The position numbers and the translations under genes were made by a program. The notes under the pieces are model-generated. The model searched no databases. It was not told the DNA's origin and saw nothing but the letters and a program-made list of their open reading frames with translations. A DNA stretch of 64,000 nucleotides from Kudoa neothunni (Eukaryota > Animalia > Cnidaria), in NCBI GenBank assembly GCA_964304625.1, contig OZ199839.1, forward strand, positions 7,649,166 through 7,713,165, written 5' to 3'. Below, in pieces: positions 1 through 12,105 of the stretch; the first letter of the stretch is position 1; every line of letters starts with the position of its first letter.

Positions 1-7
1 CAATTAG

Positions 8-235
8 TCATGTTTCAGTGGAGTTGGAAAATTTAAAATTAGAAGCTAACATAGTGGGAAGTCATTCGCATGCAGCCGTCAAGTACAACAATTTCCACAT
101 TTCTATTATTTAAAAATTTTTTCAACTAGGACCGAAAATATGGAGAATCATCGATGTGGCAACGAATATAATCTTCTGGTCGATAATGAATACCGAAATC
201 TGAATTCCGGAAGAAAACGAAAACAGTCAGACTAA
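8..235 (+). CDS. Last two exons of an unidentified gene entering from the window edge (exons 8-82 and 130-235)
   Basis: Acceptor ttag at 4-7 and a 47-nt GT-AG intron at 83-129 join an open frame HVSVELENLKLEANIVGSHSHAAVK-TENMENHRCGNEYNLLVDNEYRNLNSGRKRKQSD*. Stop at 233-235. No recognisable domain. Confidence 0.6.
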
Positions 236-908
236 CTATTATAAACTTTTAGTGGTTTTTGTTTTTCTGTGTTAGTAAAGTCTTATTAAATGTTTGTTTT
301 TCCACTCTCGTCTCTACAACCTACGATAGATGATGTGATGCGCATTAAACTTTTTACTTCGTGTATTTATAGATTTAAAATTACTAATCTTATAGCGCAG
401 TTATAGGATTAAAGTTATTTTTATTTTATCGATTGTTTAAAAATAACATAATTATGTCCGACGAATGCAATATATATTAACTAACTTTAATTATTTCGTT
501 CATTTTAGAGAACGCGGTTTATTTTTAAATTCGCAAACTTGTGAGTGTATGTTGTTTCCTTATGAATAGCTATTCCGTTAAATCCTTATTTTTCTTAAAT
601 ATTAAAATATTGATGATTATTTTAAAAATAATCCTCTTTTAAATAAAATATTTTTACATTGTTAGAATATATAGAAACAAAATAGATTTTATCATTTTAA
701 TTTGAGTAAATAGACTTTTATATAAACTCTAAAATTGAATTTTCCCGCGTAAATTTAATATGACCATGATCTTTTTTGAAAAAAATCCAATAAACAGAGA
801 TTATTTAATTTTTATATTTTTATAGTATTGTTTTTCGCATAAATAGGAGTAAAGTATCTAAAAGATTTTTAATGGTGTACACATTTAAAAAAAGAGCTGA
901 TTCCAATA

Positions 909-1315
909 AAGTACAACCTCGGACATCGATCATAATCCGTTTTAGAAATGTGTTAGAACCCCGAGGAAATTTTTCCTGTGCAAAATAATGTAACTAACTT
1001 TAATCCGTTACTGCGCATCAAATAAATGATAACTTTGATTCTAATTTATGAAAAAACATGCGTACCTCTTGTTTATAAAATGAAAATATAAAATATAATA
1101 ATAATAATAATAATAATAAAATATAGAATAAATAGTATTTGATTGAGCGACTGTTCTCCTAGAATTTCTTCTCTTCTCTGTTCTTTCTCTAACTGGATTT
1201 GTTCTGAACACCCTTTGTATATGTGTTCGAACTCAAAAGTGTTTCTGATTCCAAATTTTTGGTCAAACTCCGATTTGTACGAGCTCTGAAACGTTCAAAC
1301 CCCTGGGTTGCATTG
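909..1315. mobile_element. Degenerate Tigger/pogo-type MITE
   Basis: Left end ta-(c/a)agtacaacctcgg and right end ctgggttgcattg-ta are imperfect inverted repeats flanked by TA. Internal (AAT)n tract. Confidence 0.45.
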
Positions 1316-1400
1316 TATTATTTTTTTGAACTATATTTAATTATTTATTTTGAAAATTATAATTTATTTTATATTTAAAGCTAGAATTTTTTGAGTTTTG

Positions 1401-1901
1401 TTTTTTTTGGTTTACAAGGTCAAACCCTTGAGCAACTTATTAGGTTGTAACGTTGGGGTAGGTTAGGCTTTCTCCATTTACGCTTTAGGCACCGCAGCGT
1501 CATATTGAGGCGACTTACGTTTATACGGTAGTGTGGGATTTTAACCCATTAAACATCCTCGTTTTGGAGCAATCACCACCCCAACCATACCCTGGACTAA
1601 CCCAGAATTAGTTTTGGAAAATCGTCTGAATGCGGGCATCGACTCTATGGAATCCCCTATTGAGTTTTATTTCGTTCCTGCATCCCGGCATTTATGGGCG
1701 CCCGAGGTCTACCCTTACCCCAGGCTCTCCTCCCGGTTGCAAGAAAGACCACAATAAATCGTAGATCGTTGCGATTATTACAACCTTCCTACTTAATTTC
1801 GGATTAGGAGTACAGGAACGCACGGCACGGACTAGGCTTCGATCTTACAACCTTATGGTATGCGATCTCCACCTAACACCACTATGCCAAATTGTCTAGG
1901 C
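1401..1901 (-). mobile_element. tRNA-headed SINE, copy 1
   Basis: GC-richer island. Minus strand has A-box TGGCATAGTGG and B-box-like AGATCGAAGCC, and an A8 tail (T run 1401-1408). 14-bp TSD with one mismatch (ttttttgagttttg 1387-1400, ttttttgagctttg 1903-1916). Homologous to 52721-53186. Confidence 0.8.
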
Positions 1902-2481
1902 TTTTTTTGAGCTTTGGAGCTAAACGAATTACTGCTGAATATAATTATCCATAAATTTAGGTTAATTCAGAATTAGCTATAAATCTTCCTTTTGAAATAT
2001 TTTATCTTAACAGAAAAAATGACTTTTTCATAATACTACAATCTCACAAGAATTTGTAGGATTGTAGTTTTCGAAACAGATTATTATTTATAATATACTA
2101 TTTAGTAAAATTTCTTTATTTTTCAAATATTAAATATAATGTTAGGTTACTAGAAATGATACTATAGAATGATCGGCCTCAATTAATTCCTTTGGCTGGA
2201 AGAAAATCAAGCTTCTCGATACATTTAATGTAAGAAATGTTGAAAAATAATTTCTTTTCATTTATCTTGTTATATATTTTATTTTTTATACTTAACCTAA
2301 ATTGAGTTCAATTTTATTTTCATTTTTTGGTAGTCTTTAAAATTGCACAAGTTCACCAAATATTTTATTTTAATCCTGTCTTCTGTGGGTTTATCGAAGG
2401 ATTCAAATATTTTTAGTTTTAAAAAATATTTTAAATTGGAATATATCCATATCGGATGAATTTGGGGGGTGTAAACTAGTA

Positions 2482-3162
2482 CAGTTGGTTTTACGCACTT
2501 TTTTTAATTTTGCTATTACAGAATTTGGATCTAAATAATATAATAAGGTTGAGGAATGTCCAGATTGTTAATCACATGATTGTCCGGTTTTACGCACTTT
2601 TTTTGGATGTTTTTGGAAAAAATATATGAATATTGTTTGATGTTCAAAGGAATTAAATGAAACGAACAACAAATCCCCTCATATCCTACCACTACGTCCT
2701 CTTAACAAACAAAAATAAATTGTTTAAATGATTGTAAACGAATCTATTATTGTTGTCACTTGCGAATTTATTAAAATGAGTTTAAAAATTATCCAAATTT
2801 GACCAAAAAGTATCGATCGATCATGATCGCGATGGAGAAAGCTATATTTAAAAATATTTTGACGAATCTTTTGTGATCAAAATAACTAATTATTTTATTT
2901 CTAAGAGAAATAAATTATTTGTTTCTTAAATGTATGCGATTCAATTATATTAAATAGTTACGTATATTATTGTATGAGCGCGCTATTAAGTGCGTAAGAC
3001 TAGAAGTAACCAATTTCACACACATTTTTTCAACGATCCGGAAGGAATTAATCAAACCCGGTTAACAACTGTGCTCTCATTTTAACTATGTTATTTAATA
3101 AGTAATTGAATAATTTTTTGCGATGCGCGAGCGAAAAAATGCGAAAAACCGGTCACTAACTA
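2482..3162 (+). mobile_element. Non-autonomous pogo-family MITE with CAGT..ACCGGTTTTACGCAC ends, plus a second right end
   Basis: Ends resemble the TIR of the pogo at 53206. Internal repeat tcacatg..ggttttacgcac. Body is homologous to 27124-27703. Confidence 0.65.
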
Positions 3163-3437
3163 TATTATAATATATTTATGGATTAAAATTAGAAACATTA
3201 TTTTTATCAATAAAAAATTAGTAATTTCGCATATATATATCATTCTCAATTATATGAAAAATTTTTCTTCAAAAATTAAGATCTCTAGTTTATATATTTT
3301 CCATCAAAAATAAATAAATGTAATAATTAATTTTCCTCGCATTAAAACGCAGAAAAGTATTATCAAGTAACAATGGAATGATTACGGTAAGTGGCCAGTT
3401 ACACGCACTGTTCTAAAACACTGCGTACTTTATAATT

Positions 3438-4085
3438 AAGGATCGTAGTTTTAGACGTTTTTTTAATTCGACTACTAAAATCGACGTTTATTCTGATTGA
3501 TTCAGCAGTAAGCATACGTGAATGTTTACACATTCTAAAATACAACAAATTTGAAACAAGCTCCTTCCTCACAATAAACTTTTCTTATAGAATAGTTAAA
3601 GCGAAAGAACGTCGAGAATAATAACTGGCAGAAAAATGTCTTGAAACGCTTTTTAACGATGTTCCTATGATTTTATTTTTTTGTAAAATCTATTTTGTTG
3701 GGGAGATAATTTCATCAGGAAAACTATCAATTTCTCTCTGGTTACTACCCGTTTCAAATTTTTCGGAATGTTTAGAATTTTCTACGAAAATAAACGTCGA
3801 AACTTTATAAAAAATTTGATGACTAAAATCAATTTTAATCGAATATTAAATAATTATTAGGAAATCTCAATTATTATAAGGTAGAAGATAGCTCAAATAA
3901 AAAGTACGTAATTTACAAGTTTTACGCTGTTATCTAGGTTAACATTGTTTATTTTTCGGTGATTTTCATTCTTAACGATTGATTTAATTGAATCTTAATT
4001 AATAATATTACTGGTAAATATTATTCTAATACAATAACCTTCACATGTAACATGTAAGATGTAAATGGCGAAAACTACGTTTATA
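3438..4085. mobile_element. Degenerate hAT-type MITE related to 28622-29118
   Basis: Ends taaggatcgtagttttagacg and gcgaaaactacgtttata resemble TAGAGACCGTAATTTTCGAC. Shares the internal taaacgtcga motif. TSD is not clean. Confidence 0.45.
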
Positions 4086-4096
4086 CGTTATTTTAA

Positions 4097-4800
4097 CCCT
4101 CTAACGAACGGACTTTGGGGTAAAAACGACCCCAGCTTTTTATTTGAAGAATTAACCTAATAAATATAGATATATTATTTTATTCAGTTTAAAAAATTTC
4201 TGTCGACTAAATTTGAAGAAAAGTGCCGAACATTTATGTAATTAATCGGTTATAAGCTCGTCGTCAATGTGTCTGACTGGATCGCAAGTAATCGTTATAT
4301 AAAATTTTTGCTGGATAATCCTAAATTTTTGAGAAATAAGCAATTCAAGTGAACTGAACTGAACTGAACTGACTTAATGAGAAACATTTTTAGTAAAAAT
4401 ATTGAATTTAATAGTTTAAATTATTGTTCAAGAGCGTATTGTTACTCTGCTTAAATATTGTCCCCCGTTACCCCCACAAAAAAAGAGTGAAACTAATGAG
4501 TGTTTTTATGAATTTCAATCTTTGGGAAGTGGATTTAAGGAAACTTATACGAAATAATTTAAAAAGTCCACTGAATGAGTGGAATATGGAAATATTGAAG
4601 ACCCAATCAACACTCAGTAAAAGTGGTATTATTATGTGGGATTTCAGTAAACCGATAATATCAAGAATTGGTGCAGCAAATATCACGAAAAAGCCACCTC
4701 CCCTTACTTCCTATTGTATTCAGAACGTTGAAAGCATGTTAGATTAGTTTTATCTTTTTCACAAACATAATTTGTGAATAAATAATCAAATATATCAATT
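4097..4800 (+). mobile_element. piggyBac remnant (left end plus N-terminal transposase fragment)
   Basis: TTAA-CCCT end with subterminal ggggtaaaaacgacccc palindrome. WDFSKPIISRIGAANITKKPPPLT...FYLF resembles a PGBD4-type N-terminus. Right end not found, so the end coordinate is approximate. Confidence 0.55.
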
Positions 4801-6719
4801 TTTTGGAAGACTTCATTTCAAAGAGAACTGAATTTGATTATTAAATTTATTCTTTGTATGTAAATGAAATTTTACAATATATTTTGTAATTAACGGTCAC
4901 GTGGGAATAATAAAATCCTTACGAAAAATAAATGTTAATTTATTAATTTTATTACATATTTCTATATCTGTATGTGACTAAATTGAACGATACATGAAAA
5001 GCTACATTTTTCTTTATTTTTAAGGCATATTGACGATAAAACGTCGTGGACCACAAAAATCCTTGAGAATAAACACAATAATAAAAGTTATGAGAGTAGA
5101 TAGAATTTTAAAAATTTCTGATTATTACATACGTAATGCTGGGTAAATGTAATTGTTGGTTTTATAAACCAAAACTTAACAATTGGTTTTGATGATAGCG
5201 TTTTAAATAAATTTCTTATTTAAAAAAATCAAATAAATTTTGTGATGAAACTGCCGATTATATATATTTATTATGTTACTTTCTGCCTTATTCAATTTTA
5301 TAACACGCGTTATAAAATTAAAATTATCAAAATCTTGTGTGATTAAGGAAAACGTCGAGTAGAAACTGACTAAAGCGATATTAATGATTATAAATTTTAT
5401 GTGAATATTTTCCACCTAAATTACATTCTGAGGGCGATAACAATAAGTTCGTTCGTGCATGCACATGTTTGAAACAGTATAAGCAATTAATTTAATACTT
5501 TACACACTTTTCTCTACTCGCTGAATCGATTGCGTAAAATAGTTGCCTAATATAAGAGGAAATTCATATGATATGTGAACAAACAACTCCATAATGTTTG
5601 CTTAGAATTTATCTATACTCTAAAAATGGCCCACCTCACCAAAAAAACATAATTCTCATTAAACACAAAACATTCCATTAGATTTTGGAATTCTAATATT
5701 TTGCATAAAAAAAAGAATTGTATAGTTTCTCTATTGAATCAACCCTAAAAATAAATCAGGCTTATGAAAGACAATAATTCAGTGTTGAGAATTTAATCTT
5801 ATGATTCAAAATATTGAATTAACAATAACAATGGTATAGGTAGTAATTTATGTCTCTATAGTTTTTCTATGTGCAGACTAATTGCTTATTGAGCTTGAAA
5901 CACTGAATAATCAAAACAGTATTGAACAGATGAAACAAAAATCTATCCACAGACTGAGGAAATATTTAAAGATTAACAAATGAAAAAAAGATTAGATGAG
6001 AAGTTTGATCCTTTATCTGAAAACATTAGAGACAAATAACGTCACACAACAAAACTGAGGCTTATTTAGCACATATCTGACTATTGTATGATGTAGAAAA
6101 TATTTGGTCACTTGGAAAATTTCTTTCCAATTCTTAGTTATTTTTCTAAGGTATCGGCTTGTTTCAATTTTCATGGAACGTTACTCATTAACTTAGATTC
6201 AATCCCAACACAGTATTCGCAGAGCTATCATTTTTAATCCTTATAGAAGTACCTGCGTACATCATGCAAAGATAACGTAGAAATTTGATTTTTTAGCATT
6301 TATTAGCTTGTAACAAATACACATTATTCATTAGTTTCGATGAGGCCGAAAAAAACGCAACCCTAAAAATGTCTCTACGCTTGCGTGATTTCCATTTTTA
6401 AATTCAACAAATTAATGTATTCATTCTATACAAAATGGTCTTTAATCTAACTGCGAATAGCACATGCAAGATTCGTTGTTAGTGCAAACGAGCTGTTGGT
6501 AAATTTTGATACTTTACGGATTAGTTGTGTTTGAAACCGATAAGATATTAATTTTATGAACCATTAAAATCGGACTTTTTATATCTTTAGACGAAAAATT
6601 TTGTTAATCTTTAATGATCATCATCACTCATAGAAGCCTACGACTTAAACAATTCAGCTGAATCCAATTCCAAAGTAGCATATTGTTGCTGTTTTAAGAT
6701 GAGTAATACTAAAATGGAT

Positions 6720-6760
6720 CAAGCCAATCCGGTGGATGACGCCTGACCAATTAGATGTGG
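6720..6760. promoter_or_regulatory. Probable promoter of the SERBP1-like gene, possibly bidirectional
   Basis: Two CCAAT boxes (gccaatc, gaccaat) flank a TGACG CRE half-site about 200 bp upstream of the ATG at 6946. Confidence 0.4.
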
Positions 6761-6945
6761 ATACAAATAAATTGATAGAATCCTATTATTTCTGCCGACA
6801 AACTAAAACTTGTTTTTCACCAAATATGGAAGAAAAGTATTCTCGTAGAGAGTGAATATTGAGTGGGTAGCTAGGTGCCGATATAACTCGAAAGAAATCG
6901 AGAGCCGATTAGCTATCTCGCGTTTATTGCCAGCAACGTCGAACT

Positions 6946-8130
6946 ATGAGGCAAACTGCCGGATTTTCAAAATATGCAGTTGCATTTTCTGACAATAACA
7001 ATGATCTTGTGGGTGGTATAGAAGGACCGGAAGAGTTGGTACAGTTTCTGGTTAAGAACAAGCAGAAGAAGTCACATCCTCAAAAATCAAGCAATATTCC
7101 ATCGTCGTCATCTACCGTCAAAACTCCATCCAACATCAAACCAAAGCCATCTTCGAAACGTAGCGTTATTGTGTTGTGTGATATTGTTGATGTTTGGTGG
7201 TTATTTAGCGGAAAGAAAATATAACGAAGGTGAACAGGGAGGTAGACCTCGCCAAAGAAGAGTATCTCTAAAACACTCATTCCATTCATCTTTATATGCG
7301 TTGCAACGTTTAGAGTAATAAACCAGCATCACCAGAACAACCAAAAACAAATGTTGATTCACCAAATCATGAGATGTCCTACGAACATCACAAAGGTTCC
7401 AGACCTGTCCACTCTAGAGGAAGAGACCGCAATAATAACAATCGTGGTGCTCATCAGCTTAGAAATGCTGAGATTTTTGATGCCAAACATCGTGTTTATG
7501 ACCGACACAGTGGAATGGCCAAAACCAGTGTGAAGCCATCTCCAAGAACCCATGGTCGTGATGACTTTGACATTAAGAACACTCTTGAAAATGAAATCAA
7601 TATCGATAGCACTGGACATGTTAACGTGAACATGGAGTCGTTCGAGGATGGTGTTGAGGTTCCGGCCGGTAATGTTGCCGTTCAGCAGGATGATAAACCT
7701 TCCAGACCAAGGTATATTATTTGATGTTACGATGTGGTTGGGTTTATTGATACAAACTTTTTGTGTAGTAGAGGAGGCCCACGTCAATCCAGAGGTGGAA
7801 ATGGTGGCGGTAGGGATCGCTTCGTAAATTGTTTCGTGATTTGGATTACAAAGTTAATTAATTTTAGAATAACTCTAGAAGAGGTAACAACTCTGGAGAG
7901 TTCAGATCGTCTAAACCCAGGTATCCATTTTTTTAATTCAATGCTCAATGTTGCGATTGTAGAGGAGGACGAAATCAGCAGCCGTCTGGTGCGAACCAAG
8001 CAAACAATGTTTCTGCTCAGGCCGCCCCTGTGCAATCTGGAGTAATGGATTGTTATGTTAAATCGACTTTAATATTTTCTTGCATTAGTACATGCTTAAT
8101 GACAAAGATTTCCCATCTTTCGATGCATAA
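6946..8130 (+). CDS. SERBP1: SERBP1/HABP4 (PAI1 mRNA-binding, Stm1-like) RNA/ribosome-binding protein, 7 exons
   Basis: Introns 7160-7208, 7262-7313, 7712-7768, 7824-7867, 7921-7962 and 8042-8088 (42-57 nt, all GT-AG) give one continuous frame. Motif RVYDRHSG, RGG repeats, and C-terminal LNDKDFPSF (family DFPSL). Confidence 0.8.
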
Positions 8131-9086
8131 ACTTGCTGCTAATCGCTACCTGAAGCGTGCTCTTCTTCTACACATAGCTATATCACCAAAATAGTTGTCC
8201 CAATTTAGTTATGTTGATATATCCATTCCCTTTTTCAGTATACTGTTAGTTTATTGTATTTTGAGTTCATTTTTGGCGTCAATTATAAATTATATAGTAA
8301 TTTCTATCGCGTTATCATCTTTATGAGTTAGTCTGGTCGTGTGATTTCCTTTTTGTTGTGTATAAACTCCTCGTTGTCACTGTGGAGCAGTGATTCCTAA
8401 CTTTTTTCTATCGCACCCCACTTTTTCTTGAAAAAAGTTACATGCTTCACCTTTTTCAGAAACGTTTATTTTATTAAACTGTTTATAATGTTGGATAAAG
8501 CTCCCTGTCACATTGAAATTTGAAAGCAATTAATATATACTTCTTTTCTCGTTAAAATTAACATCTTCAGTATTTCATTCCGTCAAAAATATCATCAAGT
8601 GAAACTCGTGGTAATCCAACCTTCACTAGGAATGACTTTCATGTATATGGGGCTAATGAATCGAAAATAAATAATATAAATACAAAATTAATCAATATTA
8701 TAATAGGTTTAATCAAGAAAGAGGATATACGATTCTGATTCTATTCGGTGAAAGACACGTTAAACGTTTTGATTGATTAAACCTATTATTATCCATGTCC
8801 CACCAAAATTTTTTCACGCCCACCCATGGGAAACGTTGATGTAGAGCTTGTGTATAGCGGTAATGTTGTGTCTTTCAATAACTAATATCACATATGGGCT
8901 GCAATATTATAGTTTTGCATTTACTTTTTTATTTATGGAGTTCATAACAATTTACGATAATAAAAGTTAACATATCTATATCGAAGATGATATTTTAATA
9001 TTTAGAGACGGCTTATTTGTTATGGATTAAATAATTAAATAGAATGAATTTAAACAAGCTAATAGTGTATTTTATTCATATGCATA

Positions 9087-9171
9087 TAGTGAACTCTCGA
9101 TTACTTTTACTCCCGCTATCCGGGAAGAAAAGTACTGGTCCCAAGTTATCGAGAGAGTCAAGGTTTCATTG
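9087..9171. mobile_element. About 85-bp Tigger-type mini-MITE
   Basis: ta-tagtgaactctcga ... tcaaggtttcattg-ta imperfect TIRs with TA flanks. Confidence 0.45.
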
Positions 9172-9173
9172 TA

Positions 9174-9770
9174 CAGTAGTTAATCGATTTTACGTACTTT
9201 TATGCGTGCGCTAGCAGTTCATAATATTTTGTATTGAATTAATATTATAAGTTTCGTAATTATTATTTTTTAGAATAAAATTTTGGGGCGATTGTCAATA
9301 TATATTTAAAAGTTTCAAGAGCAAATTTTCTTTGAAATGGTATTCTGATAGATAAGAACCCATCAATTCCGACCTCTTGGTGATGTGGCGATTGGTATCA
9401 ACTCCATCCATTCTTTTGAAGCCATCTTTGTGTATCACGACTTCACGTTGATAACCAATAAGGGACAAATCTTTGCATCCCTTCCAACCATCCGTCCATA
9501 TCATTAAGCCCAATTCGACATTGCTCAATATGATATTTTCCAGGGTAGGTTTGTCACGAACATCTGTAATTTGTTGGAAAATATTACCATTGCTATCAAT
9601 TCAATCAGCAATCCGACAAGACTAGTTGACTAATTCTTCTGTAAATATAAGACTCGTCGATTTGAAAAATCAAGCCAGAGGAACCAATATATAACTGTCT
9701 ACATATTGTTCTATTTGACATTTTTATGTCATTTAGATTGAAAAACATTAGGGCAAGTATCTGCCATGAC
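9174..9770 (-). mobile_element. Merlin (IS1595/ISXO2-like) transposase remnant followed by a pogo-type right end
   Basis: Minus-strand IGSSGLIFQIDES, RDKPTLENII, IWTDGWKG and GVDTN are Merlin DDE motifs. Stop at 9295. TA-CAGTAGTTAATCGATTTTACGTAC starts at 9174. Confidence 0.7.
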
Positions 9771-9899
9771 GATGGATGTGATCCCTCGAGAAAAGTTTCG
9801 TTTCTGATGGAACATTACTTTTTGCAAAAACTACAAAAAATATGTATAAATCATTTTATTTTTTTTATTTACTAGATACATGTTTGATAAAAATTTAGT

Positions 9900-12033
9900 G
9901 TATATTTTTTTTGAAAAAGTTCAAACAAAGATTGAGAGTAGTTTTGGTTCAATTCATCCATGGAGTTTAAGATATAATCAATCAAAACATCTCTAATTTG
10001 GACTCTGGGGTGGTAACTTGAGACTTTTTACCTCTTGTACGTGATGGAACCTAACGTTATCCATGGCAAGAACAACTTCAGAAGAGATTTTTCCTTCAAA
10101 AATCATTTGTTCTAGAAATTCAAGAAACTGGATCTTATCAAATCCACCATCTAGAATTTTACGGTCAATTATTCCCTACATAGAAAAATTGCGCATAAAG
10201 ATATTTTTGTTCTCTGGAGGGGCGTACCATGGCGATAATGTCTTTTGTGAGAATCCGTTAAAATAATGGAGACTTTAAGCAGTTTCCTCGTTAGTCCAGC
10301 GGATTTTACCAATCGACATACAGTACTGCTGGACAGGTGCATATCTTTCGCGATTAGTTTTTTATGCAGACTTGTGTTAGGCTGTCATCATCTCGGTCAA
10401 CGATTTCTCTCACTTTGTTTTCGAGAATCATGTTATTTTTCGGATGGCGCCCCTATTTTGCAAATGCATCGTAGCTGTGAGCTTCTGGGTTGGTCTCAAT
10501 GAAAGATTGGATTTTATCATTAATGTTTGGTCAATCGCTTAATATTTTTTCTTTCGTCCATTATGCCGTAATAATGTGTTAATAAAACTATACCACAATT
10601 TCATAAACTTAACTAACCTAATTAACCCTTCCAGGGACATTCGTGACCCTATTTATGGAAAATGTTTGGTTTTACCTACTTAAACTTTTCATTTTAGTTT
10701 TTGAATTCGTGTAATCTTAGATTAACGTGTATTGTTTAGAAATACAAAATTTCAGATAAATTATAGGATTCTACGGTTCAAAAATTTTGTTTAATGTTAC
10801 GTAGCATTGATAAATGTTATTTAAAACTATTTTATAGGGTCGTATTAAGTGTATTTAATTTATATGATAAGAAAAATGATCATTCCAATATACTGTCACG
10901 ACTAAACTAACGAATACCGTAATTTGTAACCATTCTTGTTAACTGTTATAAGTAGGGAATACAATTTTTTATTATTATATTTCCGCTGCAATTTACACAT
11001 AAAATAAGAATAATGATGTTAAAAACTACGATTTCTAGTTAAAGATTCCAAAGATGAAATAGGATTAAAAGAGATTGATCCCCCTATTATTCGTCGAGGT
11101 GGTTGCGCGTTGAAAGCCAAATAGGTTGCCTGATGTGCTTTTAAACTATTTCATAATATTTATTTTTTCGATGTAGTAAATTTTAATTTAATAATTAATA
11201 GACTAAAATTTTGTCACATTAATCTTGTGTCATGATCATATCGCCAAATTTCAACGATTACCCTATCTCATAAAACTAACAAGTTATCATTTACGTTAGT
11301 CGTTGTTTTTTTAATTTTTAATTTCATTAAAAATTAGGCTATTTCCTTATTAATTTAGACTCAACATTATTCTTTATTTCTCGAGATGTGTTATAAACAC
11401 GCGTTAGTGTCAATCAATATTGGATTACCGAACATCACCGGAGCTACCTCCTGTTAGTGACATGGCCGAGCGGCCTAGTGTTAATATTAAAAGTGGTGTA
11501 GAAGTTTCTATTTTGTTACACTCAGTTAAAAACGAAAACGAAATAGTTACATCTATTACATCCACCATTTGAAATTTTGTTTGGATAATGTCTCCTGAAA
11601 TGGTTACAATATTTTTAACAAATTCTTGTCGCTTGATTATTTTAAGCGTGTATTTTAATTGTAACACACGTAAGTTTTTTGAGCACGGTCCTTCGAGGGT
11701 TAATCATAAAAAAATAAAATACTTTAACTTGATTTAAAAAAATCTTTTTTTTACATAGCATGTCCAGTTAATTTTGAAATAACCTGTAAAGCGATACGCG
11801 AGTGCCCCCGATAGTCTCCGATGAATCATCCCAAATTGCAGTTTAGCCTGATAAAACATATGAATCAAGTTATTTTTCGGTTAAGCTTGACTGTTGTAAT
11901 AATTTTTCAAGATATAGTTACTCGTTGATCCCTTAAGGAATTTGCGATTCTTACTGGAGACAAGCGAATGTTTCCTAATTCTTTTGCGCGCGCTCATTAT
12001 ATTTTAACCAGTAATTAGCCCACTATTATCTGT
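9900..12033 (-). mobile_element. IS630/Tc1-like (DDE_3) transposon remnant interrupted by a piggyBac-derived insertion
   Basis: Minus-strand FLEFLEQM...VVLAMDNVRFHHVQEVK at about 10030-10140. Putative N-terminus MSARKRIRK and a TA-CAGATAATAGTGGGC end near 12033. Boundaries approximate. Confidence 0.55.
10626..11699. mobile_element. Non-autonomous piggyBac-type element
   Basis: TTAA on both sides. Ends CCCTTCCAGGGAC and GTCCTTCGAGGG. Confidence 0.65.
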
Positions 12034-12062
12034 AAAAACAATCGTATACTAAACTATTTTTT

Positions 12063-12105
12063 TATTATTATTATTATTATTATTGATTGATTGATTGATT
12101 GATTG
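12063..12105. repeat. Compound microsatellite (ATT)n(ATTG)n
   Basis: Read directly from the sequence. Confidence 0.9.

Noticed and set aside
1420-1800. GGAAGGTTGTAA / TTACAACCTA pairing reminiscent of the RNase P P4 helix
   Set aside because: It lacks the CR-I/CR-V consensus and bulged U, the pairing is weak in copy 2, and the TSD and tail indicate a SINE.
5900-6100. Cluster of CTGA motifs suggesting C/D snoRNAs
   Set aside because: No properly spaced RTGATGA C boxes with terminal stems.
6335-6356. gatgaggccgaaa resembling a hammerhead ribozyme core
   Set aside because: There is no CUGA and no stem II. The CTGATGA hits I inspected (about 45140, 48494, 52028) also lack stems or lie in coding remnants.
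7080-8045. Overlapping ORFs on both strands over SERBP1
   Set aside because: They are shadow frames or intron read-through of the spliced plus-strand gene.
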